From Candidatus Fermentibacteraceae bacterium (GTDB lineage: Bacteria > Fermentibacterota > Fermentibacteria > Fermentibacterales > JCC-6): 64,000 bases of DNA. Below are positions 26,342 to 35,253 of this stretch, piece after piece (the first letter of the stretch is position 1; each line of letters opens with the position of its first letter). The DNA lies in assembly GCA_041686025.1 (NCBI GenBank), contig JAWLEP010000003.1, positions 17,744 through 81,743 on the forward strand. Direction: 5' to 3'. Position numbers and translations under genes: made by a program. Below the pieces are notes generated by a model. That model saw nothing but the letters and a program-made list of their open reading frames with translations, did no database searches and was not told the origin of the DNA.

Positions 26342-27301
26342 CTAGTGGACAAGCAGCCGGTCCGCCTCCCGGCGGTCCATGGGGGCCACGTCCTGCAGGG
26401 AGGTCCCCCGCGAGCCTATTACCGAGGTCCTTTTCCCCGGAGGCACCTTGGCGTACAGGGCCATCGCCGAGGCCATGACCCGAAGGTCCGGTTCCGACCC
26501 CAGGGCCACGGCCAGGGGACCGGGCCTGTCGGCCATCCGGAAGGTCTCCATCTCCCCGGCGGCGGACTCCAGGGCCAGGTTGTCGCCGTGCGACCGGCCC
26601 ACCAGGCAGAGGCCTCCGGGGATCAGCATCATCCTCCCGCTGCGGATCAGCCCCGCCGTCGAGGCGTCCAGCAGACCCATCTCCAGAAGCAGCCGCAGGC
26701 GGCGGGAGTACCCCGGGTCGGTGAGGAGGCAGCCTCCCGCCGGAGGGCGGTACAGGAGCCCCTCCCTCCCGGCGATGGCCAGCTGCCGCTTTCTGCCCCG
26801 ACCGCTTATGTCCAGCAGACCCTCCCGGTCCACCAGGCCCCGTCTCTCGGCCTCCGTCTCCGGCAGCAGCTTCGCCGAGAGAGGTCTGAGAATCCTCCCC
26901 GGAAGCCCCGCCAGCCGCTCCACCCGCCTCAGGGACCCGGAGTTCTGGGACATGGGCCGCTGCCCCAGGACCTCCCCGGTGAACACCAGGTCGAGGCCTT
27001 CCTTCGAGGCCGTCTCCCCCAGCAGCATGAACATCCTGGCGTGGCAGTCTATGCAGGGGTTCATGTTGCCTCCGAAGCCGCTGGCCGGGCAGCGGATTAT
27101 CTCCATGATGTGCGGGGTGAAGTCCACCACCCGCCACCGCGCTCGGGTAAACTGCTTTGCCATGCCCGCAGCCTCCGTGGCCGGGAAGAAGGGGCTGTGG
27201 AAGGTGACCAGCTCCAGTTCGAGCCCCTGTCGGGAGAGGAGCCAGGCCGCCAGCACGCTGTCCAGACCCCCCGAGAACGCTCCCACGGCCCCTACGCCCA
27301 T
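26342..27301 (-). CDS. PP-loop superfamily ATPase, TtcA/MnmA-like (predicted tRNA/sulfur-transfer enzyme); subfamily uncertain
   Basis: Start placed at the internal MGVGAVGAFSGGLDSVLAAWLL (SGGxDS PP-loop). The 143 upstream codons of the track ORF are low-complexity and overlap the HAD gene out of frame. CIDCHARMF (CxxC) at about residue 90 and a third Cys at about 197 (PAGGCLLTD) resemble TtcA/TtuA Fe-S-ligand spacing. Confidence 0.55.
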   Translation of the reverse strand: MGVGAVGAFSGGLDSVLAAWLLSRQGLELELVTFHSPFFPATEAAGMAKQFTRARWRVVDFTPHIMEIIRCPASGFGGNMNPCIDCHARMFMLLGETASKEGLDLVFTGEVLGQRPMSQNSGSLRRVERLAGLPGRILRPLSAKLLPETEAERRGLVDREGLLDISGRGRKRQLAIAGREGLLYRPPAGGCLLTDPGYSRRLRLLLEMGLLDASTAGLIRSGRMMLIPGGLCLVGRSHGDNLALESAAGEMETFRMADRPGPLAVALGSEPDLRVMASAMALYAKVPPGKRTSVIGSRGTSLQDVAPMDRREADRLLVH

Positions 27302-27936
27302 CCGGCGCGCCTCCCTTCCATTACCCTCCAGCCTTCCGCCTCCGCCAGGCGGCGCAGCCTGCGGCCGGGGGATACGGCCACCGGCCGCCCGCACAGCCGC
27401 AGCACGTGCCGGTCGGACCAGGAGTCGCCCAGCGCCGCGGCCTCCGAGGCGGGCACTGCCAGCTCCCCGAGCACCGCGCGGGCCAGCTCGGCCTTGCGCC
27501 GGCCCCAGGGACGGGGGCCGCTGAGGGCTCCGGTGAGCCTTCCGCCGGACACCTCCGGAACGCTGGCCACCACCCGGGAGGCGCCGCAGAGGGACGCCAG
27601 CTGCGAGGCCAGCGGCTGCAGGCTCGCCGAGATCAGCACCACCCGGGTGCCCCCCTCGCTCCAGGAACCCACCAGCTCCGCCACCTCCGGCCTCACCCGC
27701 CTGCGCAGCTCCTCCGCCAGCAGGCTGCACTGACCTTCCAGAAGGTCGGGGTCCATCCCCCGCAGGTAGCTGCGGTTCCAGCCCTTTCCCCGGGACAGGG
27801 TCCGGAGGGGATGGAGGGCGTAGGCGGCCAGGAAGCGCAGAAGCCCCCTCGCGGAGATGTGCCCCCCGCGCGCAAGGGAGACCAGCAGCTCCTTCTCGGA
27901 GGAGGCCGAGATCAGCGTGCCGTCCAGGTCGACCAG
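27292..27936 (-). CDS. HAD-superfamily hydrolase (phosphatase-like); start codon uncertain
   Basis: HAD motif I ALVDLDGTLI lies 7 codons downstream of the in-frame stop at 27988-27990, with no ATG/GTG/TTG between; the nearest candidate is CTG at 27936. HAD motif IV GDSWSDRH near the C-terminus. The track ORF 27292..27756 covers only the C-terminal 154 aa. Confidence 0.5.
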   Translation of the reverse strand: MVDLDGTLISASSEKELLVSLARGGHISARGLLRFLAAYALHPLRTLSRGKGWNRSYLRGMDPDLLEGQCSLLAEELRRRVRPEVAELVGSWSEGGTRVVLISASLQPLASQLASLCGASRVVASVPEVSGGRLTGALSGPRPWGRRKAELARAVLGELAVPASEAAALGDSWSDRHVLRLCGRPVAVSPGRRLRRLAEAEGWRVMEGRRAGWA

Positions 27937-27961
27937 GGCCGCCTTCGGAGGGGCCGATTCG

Positions 27962-28870
27962 CTATAGCTGGGGATCGGGAGCGATCCTCACCCCCCGGCC
28001 GGTGCCGGGGGTGTTGTCGAACACGGCGGTGACATGGACCAGTATGCCGGGGAAGAGCCGCGGGAAGTCGCCGTGGAAGTAGCTGTGTGCAAGGTTTGTG
28101 TACTCCACCACATCCCGCGCGTAGCGGCCGGCCTCGCCGTCATCGGGGCTGACCAGCTCCCCTATGCCCCTGACCTCGTAAGACTTCCTGTCCAGGAACA
28201 CCAGCGAGGCGGCGGGGCAGGCCATCAGGTTCAGAAAGGTGTGGGTCTCGAACTCCGGCGTGGAGTAGAGCTCAAGGGATATGAGCTTGGTCCGGTCGAA
28301 GTTGTCCCTGCTGGAGTACACCTCGCGCAGCAGTGCGAGCTTCTCCGGCATGGGGGAGTCGCCGGTCTCCCTCATCCTTTCCATGTAGCCGCCTATCAGG
28401 TCCCGGCGCGGGCAGAGCCCCATGCCCTTGAAGGCGTTGTTCACCGAGAGCCTGCTGTCGCGGCGCTTTCCCCCCCAGGTGGCCATGGCGGCGTTGTGGG
28501 GGCCGGCCAGCGAAGGCGGCCCTCCCTGGCCCGACATCATGGCCTCTATGGTATCCAGGACCTCCCGCCGGGCGGTGATGTTCCAGTCCATGAAGGCGTC
28601 GGGAAGCTCCACGGTCTCCATGTCGGCCCAGCCGTCCTCCAGCCTGGCCCGGACCACTCCTTCGGCCTCCCGGGAGGCGTCCACGGTCTCCTGGCGGAAG
28701 CTCCCGGCGGTCCAGTGCTCCACCTCGCCCTGCTCCATCTCCCCGGCCAGGGCCCCGGCGCCCAGCCCGGAGACCAGGGCCGCACCGCCCAGCCTTCCCA
28801 TCTTCCCCAGAAACTCCCTTCTGTCCATGCCTCCGGCCCTCTTCGCGCTTTCCGAGCCGCTATCGCCCAT
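27962..28870 (-). CDS. Hypothetical Tat-exported protein
   Basis: Twin-arginine signal DRREFLGKMGRLGGAALVSGLGAGALA. 302 aa with no recognisable catalytic motifs. Confidence 0.45.
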   Translation of the reverse strand: MGDSGSESAKRAGGMDRREFLGKMGRLGGAALVSGLGAGALAGEMEQGEVEHWTAGSFRQETVDASREAEGVVRARLEDGWADMETVELPDAFMDWNITARREVLDTIEAMMSGQGGPPSLAGPHNAAMATWGGKRRDSRLSVNNAFKGMGLCPRRDLIGGYMERMRETGDSPMPEKLALLREVYSSRDNFDRTKLISLELYSTPEFETHTFLNLMACPAASLVFLDRKSYEVRGIGELVSPDDGEAGRYARDVVEYTNLAHSYFHGDFPRLFPGILVHVTAVFDNTPGTGRGVRIAPDPQL

Positions 28871-28882
28871 GCATCACTCCAT

Positions 28883-31800
28883 TCATCGTTTGGCGTCAAC
28901 CGCTTCTTCCAGCCAGACGACTGCCGACTCCGGCTCGCTCGTCATGCCGGGGAAGCCCTCGGCCAGCGATCTCATCTCGTCGGCCACCTTCCCGGCTCTC
29001 TCCGCGTCCCCTCCGCCCAGCAGCACCCAGCCCTCCAGGGACATCCTCAGGAGCCTGGTGCGCAGGTAGACCTCCGGCGTCAGCTCGTCGGCCCTTTCCA
29101 GCAGCTGGGCCGCCCGGTCGGTCTCCCCGGCGCAGGCCAGCAGCCTGCCGTACCGTACCGCCTGCTCCAGCCTGGAGAGGGGGGCGCCGGTGGTCTCCCT
29201 GAGATAGGACGCCCTGCGCATCAGGTCCAGGGCCTCATCCATACGCCCTGCGCTCCTGGTAACCTCCGCCAGGCCCTGCAGCGCCATGCAGCGGACGTCT
29301 CCCGGAAGCTGGCCCTGGCCGCCCTCCATTATCTCCCGGTAATGGCCCTCCGCCCGTTCCAGGTCCCCCAGCGCGTGGCTGATCCTGCCCATCTCACCGC
29401 TGGTCCGGAAGCGCTGCTGGTCGTTGCCCAGCCGCACGAAGACCTCCATGGCCCGGGAGCAGGCGTCCATGGCCATGTCGAAGCGGCCTATCATGAACAG
29501 GTTCCTGGCCTCCTCCCGGTCAGCCCGGGCCTCCATGAGGGGGCTGTCGTCCTCCCGGGCGATGTACCTGGCAATCCTTATGTCGCTGCGGGCGCTCTCG
29601 TAGCTGCCGTCCGCCGCCATGAGGGCGGCCCTGTTGAGACGGAGCTTCCCCTCCAGGCCTTTCAGCGAAACCCGGCCGCAGATGTCAAGGGCGTCCTCGT
29701 ACTCGCTCAGGGCCCTCTCCTTCTCCATGTTCACCGCCGAAAGGTAGGCCAGGTTGGCCAGTATGCCGGCCTCCGCCGTGTAGTTCTCGGACTTCCTGGC
29801 CAGCTCCCGGGCCTCCCCGAACCTGTCCCTGGCACCCTCCAGGTTGCCCCGCTCCACCTCCAGGCCCCCGATGTTGCACAGCAGGGGCGCCTCCATCAGC
29901 GCCGCTCCCTGGGCCCTGGCAATCTCCAGCGCGCTCTCGGTGACCCGCACGGCCTCGTCCACCCTGCCCCTGGCCCTCATCAGCGGCCCCATGGATCCCA
30001 GAATGGGGGCCTCGATGCCGGTGAGCCTCTTCTGCCTGGCCGTGAAGAGGGCCTGCTCCAGGGTCTTCTGGGCCCTGTCGTAATCCCCGCGGCGGAAGTA
30101 GAGCTGGCCGATCATCCTCTGGAACTCGCACTCCCGGTAGGACTCGCCTATGGCCCTGCATATGGCCAGACCCTTGGACGCCTTCTCCAGGGCCATCTCA
30201 TGATTGCCCGTCAGCCTTGAGAACTCGGCCATCCGGTAGAGCACCTTGGCCTCCATCTGCTTCAGGCCGGATTCGCGGCTGAGGGCCAGCGCCTGCCGGT
30301 AGAGGTCCATGGTTGCCTCGGAGCCCAGCAGCTTCTGGCTCATCCCCGCAAGGGCGGTGGTGGCCCTGGCCAGGTCCACCTCCCGGCCGAGGTCCTCCCA
30401 GATCTCCGCCGCCCTCTTCATCAGGTCGGCGGCCAGGGCGGCGTCACCCGCCAGCCGCTCCAGGGAGGACAGAGCCTCCAGGGACCTGGCCCTCAGCTCC
30501 GGCAGCCCTCCCCGGCGGGCGGTGTCCAGGGCCGTTCCGATCCTGCTCCTGGCCCGGGCCAGCTCTCCCTTCCTGCGCAGATGGACCCCCCACTGCAGCT
30601 CCACCTCGGTCAGCCATGCCGGGTTCATGCTCTCCTCGGCCAGAACCGACATCTTCTCCAGCTCCTCGGCCTCCCGCACCAGGTCGGAACGGACCCCGTA
30701 GATCCTCCGGCGGCACCGGAGCACCTCCCAGTCCACCAGGAAGCGGGCGCTGCCGGAGATCTCCCGCAGCCAGCGCTCCACCCGGGAGAGCCACTCCTCG
30801 GCCTGCTCCAGCTCGCCCCGCTCCACGAAGCCGTTCATCGCCCTGACGGCCAGGGGAATGGCCTTGTCCATCTCCCCGGCCATGGCCCAGTGATGGGCGA
30901 TGCTGGCCGCCTGGTCCTCCAGGTTCTCGGAGTAGATGTCCTCCATGATCTCGGCAACCCTGCCGTGGAGTCTCTGACGTCCGCTCTGCAGGATGGTGTC
31001 GTAGGCGGCCTCGCGAACCATGCTGTGGCTGAACTCGTAGGTCTCGTCGGTCCTGCGGCGGATCAGCCCGGCGCGTCCCAGGGCCTCGAGAGCCGGGAAG
31101 ACGGGCGCGGGTATCTCCATGTCCCTGGCCATCCTGGCCAGCAGCCGGGCGGAGAACCGCTCGTCCACCACGGACGCCAGCTGCAGCAGCTGCCTCATAT
31201 GCTCCCCCTGCCGCCCGATCCTGTCCACCAGAATGCCCTGGACGCCGGGCGATGGATCGGCGAAGAAGTCGCTGTCCTGGACACGGCAGCCGCCGGAGGT
31301 CCGGGGCACGATCACTGCGGTCTCCACCAGCGAGTAGACCAGCTCCTGCAGATGGAAGGGGTTTCCGCCGCAGGAGGATACCAGATAGCGGGCCAGCTTC
31401 TCGGGAAGGCTGTCGTCTCCCAGCATCCCCCTGGCCATCTCCAGGACCATCTCGTCGGAGAGGGGGCCCAGGTCCACACCCACCCTCCGGTCCACCGTGC
31501 CCTCGCCCTCCGGTCCCAGGGGCTCCCTGGAGGTCACCACCAACATCATCCGGCCCAGCTCCGGCGGGCGGTCCAGCAGAGCGCCAAGGATGTCCATGGA
31601 GGTGCGGTCTATCCAGTGGAGGTTGTCGATGAAGAGCACCAGCCCCCCCGGCATCGAGGCCAGAGCCTCCAGAAGGCACCGGACCGCAAGGCCGGTTCCC
31701 GTCTTGCGGGAGGTCTCGTCCGGCATGGCGGCTCGGGTCTCTCCCATCAGCGCCTTCAGGTAGGGGGCGCCATCTCGCAGGAAGGGCACCTCCACCCTCT

Positions 31801-32779
31801 CCTCCAGGCGGGATAGCAGCTTGGACACGGAGGCGCGCGCCGGGGCCAGGCCCTCCCGGCGCAGCACGTCCCGAAGGACCGAGGCCCAGGTCCCGTAGGG
31901 GATGTTGCCGAGATGGACGGCCCGTCCACGGATGAAGGCCGGCGGCGTCTCCCTGCGCTGGAGGTCCTCCTCCAGCTCCTCCACCAGGCGGGTCTTTCCT
32001 ATGCCCATCTCCCCGCACACCCAGACAAGCGTGCTCAGCCCGCTTTCGGGGCCCTTGACGGACTCCCCGTAGGCGTTCAGAAGCAGGTCCAGCTCCTCCC
32101 GGCGGTTCACCATGCCGGGCCACCGAAGCTCCAGGAGCCTGTCCAGGGCCGATACGCTGCCGGTTCCGGACTCCAGAGGGCTGTACAGCGGGGACGGGGA
32201 GCCGGGCCCCGGCTCGACCTGCCTCCAGGAGAAGAAGTCCCTGCACTGGCTCCGGCATGCGGCCGTCAGCATCACCTCGCCGACACCACAGGCCGCCAGC
32301 ACCTCCAGGGCACCCTTCACGGCCGTATCGGCTCCTGCGGAGCCCGAGCCCGCCGGCGAGCTGTCCAGACCCGCCGTGAGGAACAGCTCCCCCCCCTCCA
32401 GGTAGTCACTCACATTGGCGATGGCCCGGGACATGCGAAGGACTGAGGAGAGGGCTACTGCGGCATGCGTCTCCGCTCCGCGGTGACCGCTGAAAAGCAG
32501 GGCCACCGTGGCGTCGCCGCAGCCGGCCTCGTACTCCACGGCCCCCCGGGACTGGCCCAGGGTGACCAGCATGCTGGAGGCCGCTTCCTGCAGAGAGGCC
32601 AGCTGGGCGGGATCGAGAAGCTCCTCCAGCTCCTCCAGGCCGTCGAGTCGGACCAGCGCGGCCGTGGCCCCGGAATCCGCCGCGGAGAGCCTGGCCTGGG
32701 GGCCCTGCTCCGAGAGCGCGTAGAGGCTGGAGAGCCGCTCCAGATCCTGCAGTATCAAATCGTGGACGTTCTCTTCCAA
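28883..32779 (-). CDS. STAND-type signal-transduction ATPase: N-terminal degenerate nucleotide-cyclase-homology domain + AAA/NB-ARC-like ATPase + C-terminal TPR array
   Basis: 1298 aa. P-loop GEMGIGKTRLVEELEE at about residue 245. N-terminal about 200 aa retain only traces of a class-III cyclase fold (RLDGLEE, CGDATVALLFSG). The C-terminal two-thirds are TPR-like helical repeats. Confidence 0.65.
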   Translation of the reverse strand: MEENVHDLILQDLERLSSLYALSEQGPQARLSAADSGATAALVRLDGLEELEELLDPAQLASLQEAASSMLVTLGQSRGAVEYEAGCGDATVALLFSGHRGAETHAAVALSSVLRMSRAIANVSDYLEGGELFLTAGLDSSPAGSGSAGADTAVKGALEVLAACGVGEVMLTAACRSQCRDFFSWRQVEPGPGSPSPLYSPLESGTGSVSALDRLLELRWPGMVNRREELDLLLNAYGESVKGPESGLSTLVWVCGEMGIGKTRLVEELEEDLQRRETPPAFIRGRAVHLGNIPYGTWASVLRDVLRREGLAPARASVSKLLSRLEERVEVPFLRDGAPYLKALMGETRAAMPDETSRKTGTGLAVRCLLEALASMPGGLVLFIDNLHWIDRTSMDILGALLDRPPELGRMMLVVTSREPLGPEGEGTVDRRVGVDLGPLSDEMVLEMARGMLGDDSLPEKLARYLVSSCGGNPFHLQELVYSLVETAVIVPRTSGGCRVQDSDFFADPSPGVQGILVDRIGRQGEHMRQLLQLASVVDERFSARLLARMARDMEIPAPVFPALEALGRAGLIRRRTDETYEFSHSMVREAAYDTILQSGRQRLHGRVAEIMEDIYSENLEDQAASIAHHWAMAGEMDKAIPLAVRAMNGFVERGELEQAEEWLSRVERWLREISGSARFLVDWEVLRCRRRIYGVRSDLVREAEELEKMSVLAEESMNPAWLTEVELQWGVHLRRKGELARARSRIGTALDTARRGGLPELRARSLEALSSLERLAGDAALAADLMKRAAEIWEDLGREVDLARATTALAGMSQKLLGSEATMDLYRQALALSRESGLKQMEAKVLYRMAEFSRLTGNHEMALEKASKGLAICRAIGESYRECEFQRMIGQLYFRRGDYDRAQKTLEQALFTARQKRLTGIEAPILGSMGPLMRARGRVDEAVRVTESALEIARAQGAALMEAPLLCNIGGLEVERGNLEGARDRFGEARELARKSENYTAEAGILANLAYLSAVNMEKERALSEYEDALDICGRVSLKGLEGKLRLNRAALMAADGSYESARSDIRIARYIAREDDSPLMEARADREEARNLFMIGRFDMAMDACSRAMEVFVRLGNDQQRFRTSGEMGRISHALGDLERAEGHYREIMEGGQGQLPGDVRCMALQGLAEVTRSAGRMDEALDLMRRASYLRETTGAPLSRLEQAVRYGRLLACAGETDRAAQLLERADELTPEVYLRTRLLRMSLEGWVLLGGGDAERAGKVADEMRSLAEGFPGMTSEPESAVVWLEEAVDAKR

Positions 32780-32807
32780 TTCGTCACCCGTCTGCGCTGT
32801 GATAAAT

Positions 32808-32835
32808 TTGAGGCAACACCGACATTTGTTATACT
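32808..32835 (+). promoter_or_regulatory. Candidate sigma-70-type promoter for the greA-like gene (TTGAGG-16 nt-TATACT)
   Basis: The only AT-rich stretch in the 99-nt divergent intergenic region. TTGAGG at 32808-32813 and TATACT at 32830-32835 with a 16-nt spacer. A GGAGG SD sits 7 nt before the TTG start at 32879. Confidence 0.35.
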
Positions 32836-32878
32836 ATTAAAGCAAGCCAATCCTATTATGTACACATGAGGAGGCATA

Positions 32879-34963
32879 TTGTCCAGTCTCAGTCAACTGG
32901 CCGAAAGGCGAAGACACCGGCAGCTCGAGGATGAATGGCTCGAAGGGCTGGAGGGCCGGCCGGACACCGAGGACATGGCGGGGGCCCTGGAGGTCCTTTT
33001 GCGGGAAGGCGGCAAGGCGGCGGAGCTGGCCGGGAACCTCCTGACGCTGACCCTGGAGGAGCTGGAGAACCGGGGAAGCCCGGCCCTGGAGCCCTTCCTG
33101 AAGGAAGCGGCAGGGCTGTTCGACGCATCCGACCGCCTGCGGGCCATGCTGCTGGACCATCTGCGGGACGAGTACCTGACCTACGAGCCGTTGGAACGGA
33201 TGATAGACCGCAGCGGCCTTGCCCGCGGCGGCAGCATCCGAAGGGGCTGGGAGGCCCTCCGGCAGCTTCTGCGGTACAGAAAGGGAGCCTTTGTTCTCCA
33301 CGACAGGTTCGGGCCCGGGGAGATAGTCCGCATAAGGCGGGCTTCCGCTACCGTCGACTTCCAGAAGGCGGCCGACCACGACATGGCCCTGGAAGCCCTG
33401 CTGGACACCACCAGACCGATTGGCGCGGACTCCCTGATGGTCCTCCGCTGGAAGCGGCCCCGCCAGCTGGCGGAGCTGGTGGCGGGGGAGCCGCAAGTAC
33501 TGCTTTCGAGGCTTCTGGAAGAGCATGGCGGGGAGGTGGACGAGAACCTGATCACGCCGCTTCTGGAGGGTATCGACGTAAGACCGGGCCATCTCTGGAA
33601 AAGGCTGCGCAAAGCGGCCGCCGACAGCCCGGAGACGATGGACCTGGGGGCCAGCATAGCCCGCATCTCCCCGGGTGACCTGCTGGTCAGCGCCGGAAGG
33701 GCCCTCCGCAATCCCGCAGAGCCCCTGGCGGACAGGGTGACCCGCCTGCGGGCGATACTGGCCTCCCGGGAGGGCGACGGTCTGGACGAGGAGAAGGCGG
33801 CATCCCTGGCGAGGGAGGCGGCGGAGCTGGAGACCCCCGAGACGGGGGCCCGCTGGGAGGCGGCATGGCTTCTCTCCCGGGCATCGGGGGGACGGGCCGA
33901 GCTTCCTGCTGTGGAGACCACCGCCGCCAGGGCGCTGAGGGCGCTGGGCGAGATATCGAACAGCCGCTGCGCCAGGGACTACGTAAGCGCCCTGGCCCGG
34001 GCCATTCCGGCGGAGGAGGTGGCGGACCTCCTGCGGCAGATGAAGTCCAGGAGGAGGGAGTGGCTGCTGGATGAGCTCCTTTCCGAGAGGTCGGAACTGG
34101 CCGCCGCCGCCCTGCGGGAACTGGCCGCCGACATCCGCCAGCCGGGCCTGTACATCTGGTCGGTGACCCAGGCCCTGGGGCGCGGAATGGCCGGCAGTGC
34201 CGGCCTGCAGGTGGACGAAGGCCTGGCCGCCGGCCTGCTGGAGGCCATCGAATACGCCAGGGCCTCCGAGCAGAGAAGGGCCTGCCGCCTGCTGGAGGGA
34301 GAGCTGCAGGAATCTCTTCAGCGGCACCTGTCGGACCTGGACACCCGCAGGCTGTCCTCCCTGGCCCAGAAGCTGGAGAAGAGCAGCGCGGCCCACGAGA
34401 CGGGCCTGCTGCTCCGGGTGCGACGGGAGCTCTCCAACAGAAGAAGGTCGTCGGTCTCCTCCAGCCGCCGCTTCTGGGAGAGCGAGGCCGTCTTCGCCTC
34501 CACGGAAGCCATCGCCCGCAGGCGGGCGAGGGCCCGGCGGCTGGAGAAGGTGGAGATCCCGGCGGCCGCCGAGGCGGTGGGCGAGGCCGCCTCTCACGGT
34601 GACCTGTCGGAGAACGCGGAGTACGAGGCCGCCATCGAGAGGAGGGACATGCTTCTCTCCAGGCTGCGGGACTACAAGGAGGAGCTGCGGAAGGTCCGGC
34701 CCTATCCCGTTTCAGACGTGTCGGCGCGCATCTGCTGCCCGGGCACGGAGGTCACACTGGCTGCGGAGGACGGCAGACGACTGTCGTACAGTCTGGTGGG
34801 CCCCCTGGACGCCGCCCCGGAGGAGGGCAGGATCAACTACCGCTCCCCGCTGGGCGCCGCCCTGCTGGGCCGCCGTAAGGGAGACGAGGTGAGCCTTCCG
34901 GGGGGAGAGGGGGCCTGCGTGGTGGAGAGCATCGAGGTGCTTCCGGAGGTGCGGGGGGAATGA
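32879..34963 (+). CDS. greA: GreA/GreB-family transcript cleavage factor with ~530-aa N-terminal extension (long GreA)
   Basis: The C-terminal ~160 aa carry GreA hallmarks: coiled-coil tip GDLSENAEYEAAIERRDML and FKBP-like domain RINYRSPLGAALLGRRKGDEV. TTG start with GGAGG SD. The long N-terminal region is helical and unrecognised. Confidence 0.7.
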   Translation: MSSLSQLAERRRHRQLEDEWLEGLEGRPDTEDMAGALEVLLREGGKAAELAGNLLTLTLEELENRGSPALEPFLKEAAGLFDASDRLRAMLLDHLRDEYLTYEPLERMIDRSGLARGGSIRRGWEALRQLLRYRKGAFVLHDRFGPGEIVRIRRASATVDFQKAADHDMALEALLDTTRPIGADSLMVLRWKRPRQLAELVAGEPQVLLSRLLEEHGGEVDENLITPLLEGIDVRPGHLWKRLRKAAADSPETMDLGASIARISPGDLLVSAGRALRNPAEPLADRVTRLRAILASREGDGLDEEKAASLAREAAELETPETGARWEAAWLLSRASGGRAELPAVETTAARALRALGEISNSRCARDYVSALARAIPAEEVADLLRQMKSRRREWLLDELLSERSELAAAALRELAADIRQPGLYIWSVTQALGRGMAGSAGLQVDEGLAAGLLEAIEYARASEQRRACRLLEGELQESLQRHLSDLDTRRLSSLAQKLEKSSAAHETGLLLRVRRELSNRRRSSVSSSRRFWESEAVFASTEAIARRRARARRLEKVEIPAAAEAVGEAASHGDLSENAEYEAAIERRDMLLSRLRDYKEELRKVRPYPVSDVSARICCPGTEVTLAAEDGRRLSYSLVGPLDAAPEEGRINYRSPLGAALLGRRKGDEVSLPGGEGACVVESIEVLPEVRGE

Positions 34964-35238
34964 TCTGCAGGAAGTGCGGGACCGAGCACGAGGGCCGCGT
35001 GGGATTCAAGACGGTGTGCGAGAACTGCGGCGCCCGGCTGCACTGCTGCCTGCAGTGCAGGCTCTACAATCCCCGGGCCCACCGCTGCCGGTCCTCCACC
35101 ACCGATCCGGTGCGCGACCGCGACTGCATGAACTACTGCGAGGAGTTTCAGCCATCCCGGGGTCCCGTCCGCGAAGAGGCGGCAGGCGACGACGCCCGGG
35201 ACAGGTTCAGGGAGCTGTTCGGCTCGGGCGGCGACTGA
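34960..35238 (+). CDS. Small Cys-rich zinc-ribbon protein (hypothetical)
   Basis: 92 aa with CxxC pairs (CRKCG ... CENCG ... CCLQC ... C). The ATG overlaps the greA-like stop (ATGA). Confidence 0.45.
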   Translation: MICRKCGTEHEGRVGFKTVCENCGARLHCCLQCRLYNPRAHRCRSSTTDPVRDRDCMNYCEEFQPSRGPVREEAAGDDARDRFRELFGSGGD

Positions 35239-35253
35239 TCCGCGGGACCCGGA

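Noticed and set aside
27302-27730. Gly/Ala/Arg-rich 143-aa N-terminal extension of the PP-loop ATPase ORF
   Set aside because: Low complexity. It overlaps the HAD hydrolase gene in another frame. The PP-loop SGGLDS motif begins 10 residues after the internal Met at 27301.
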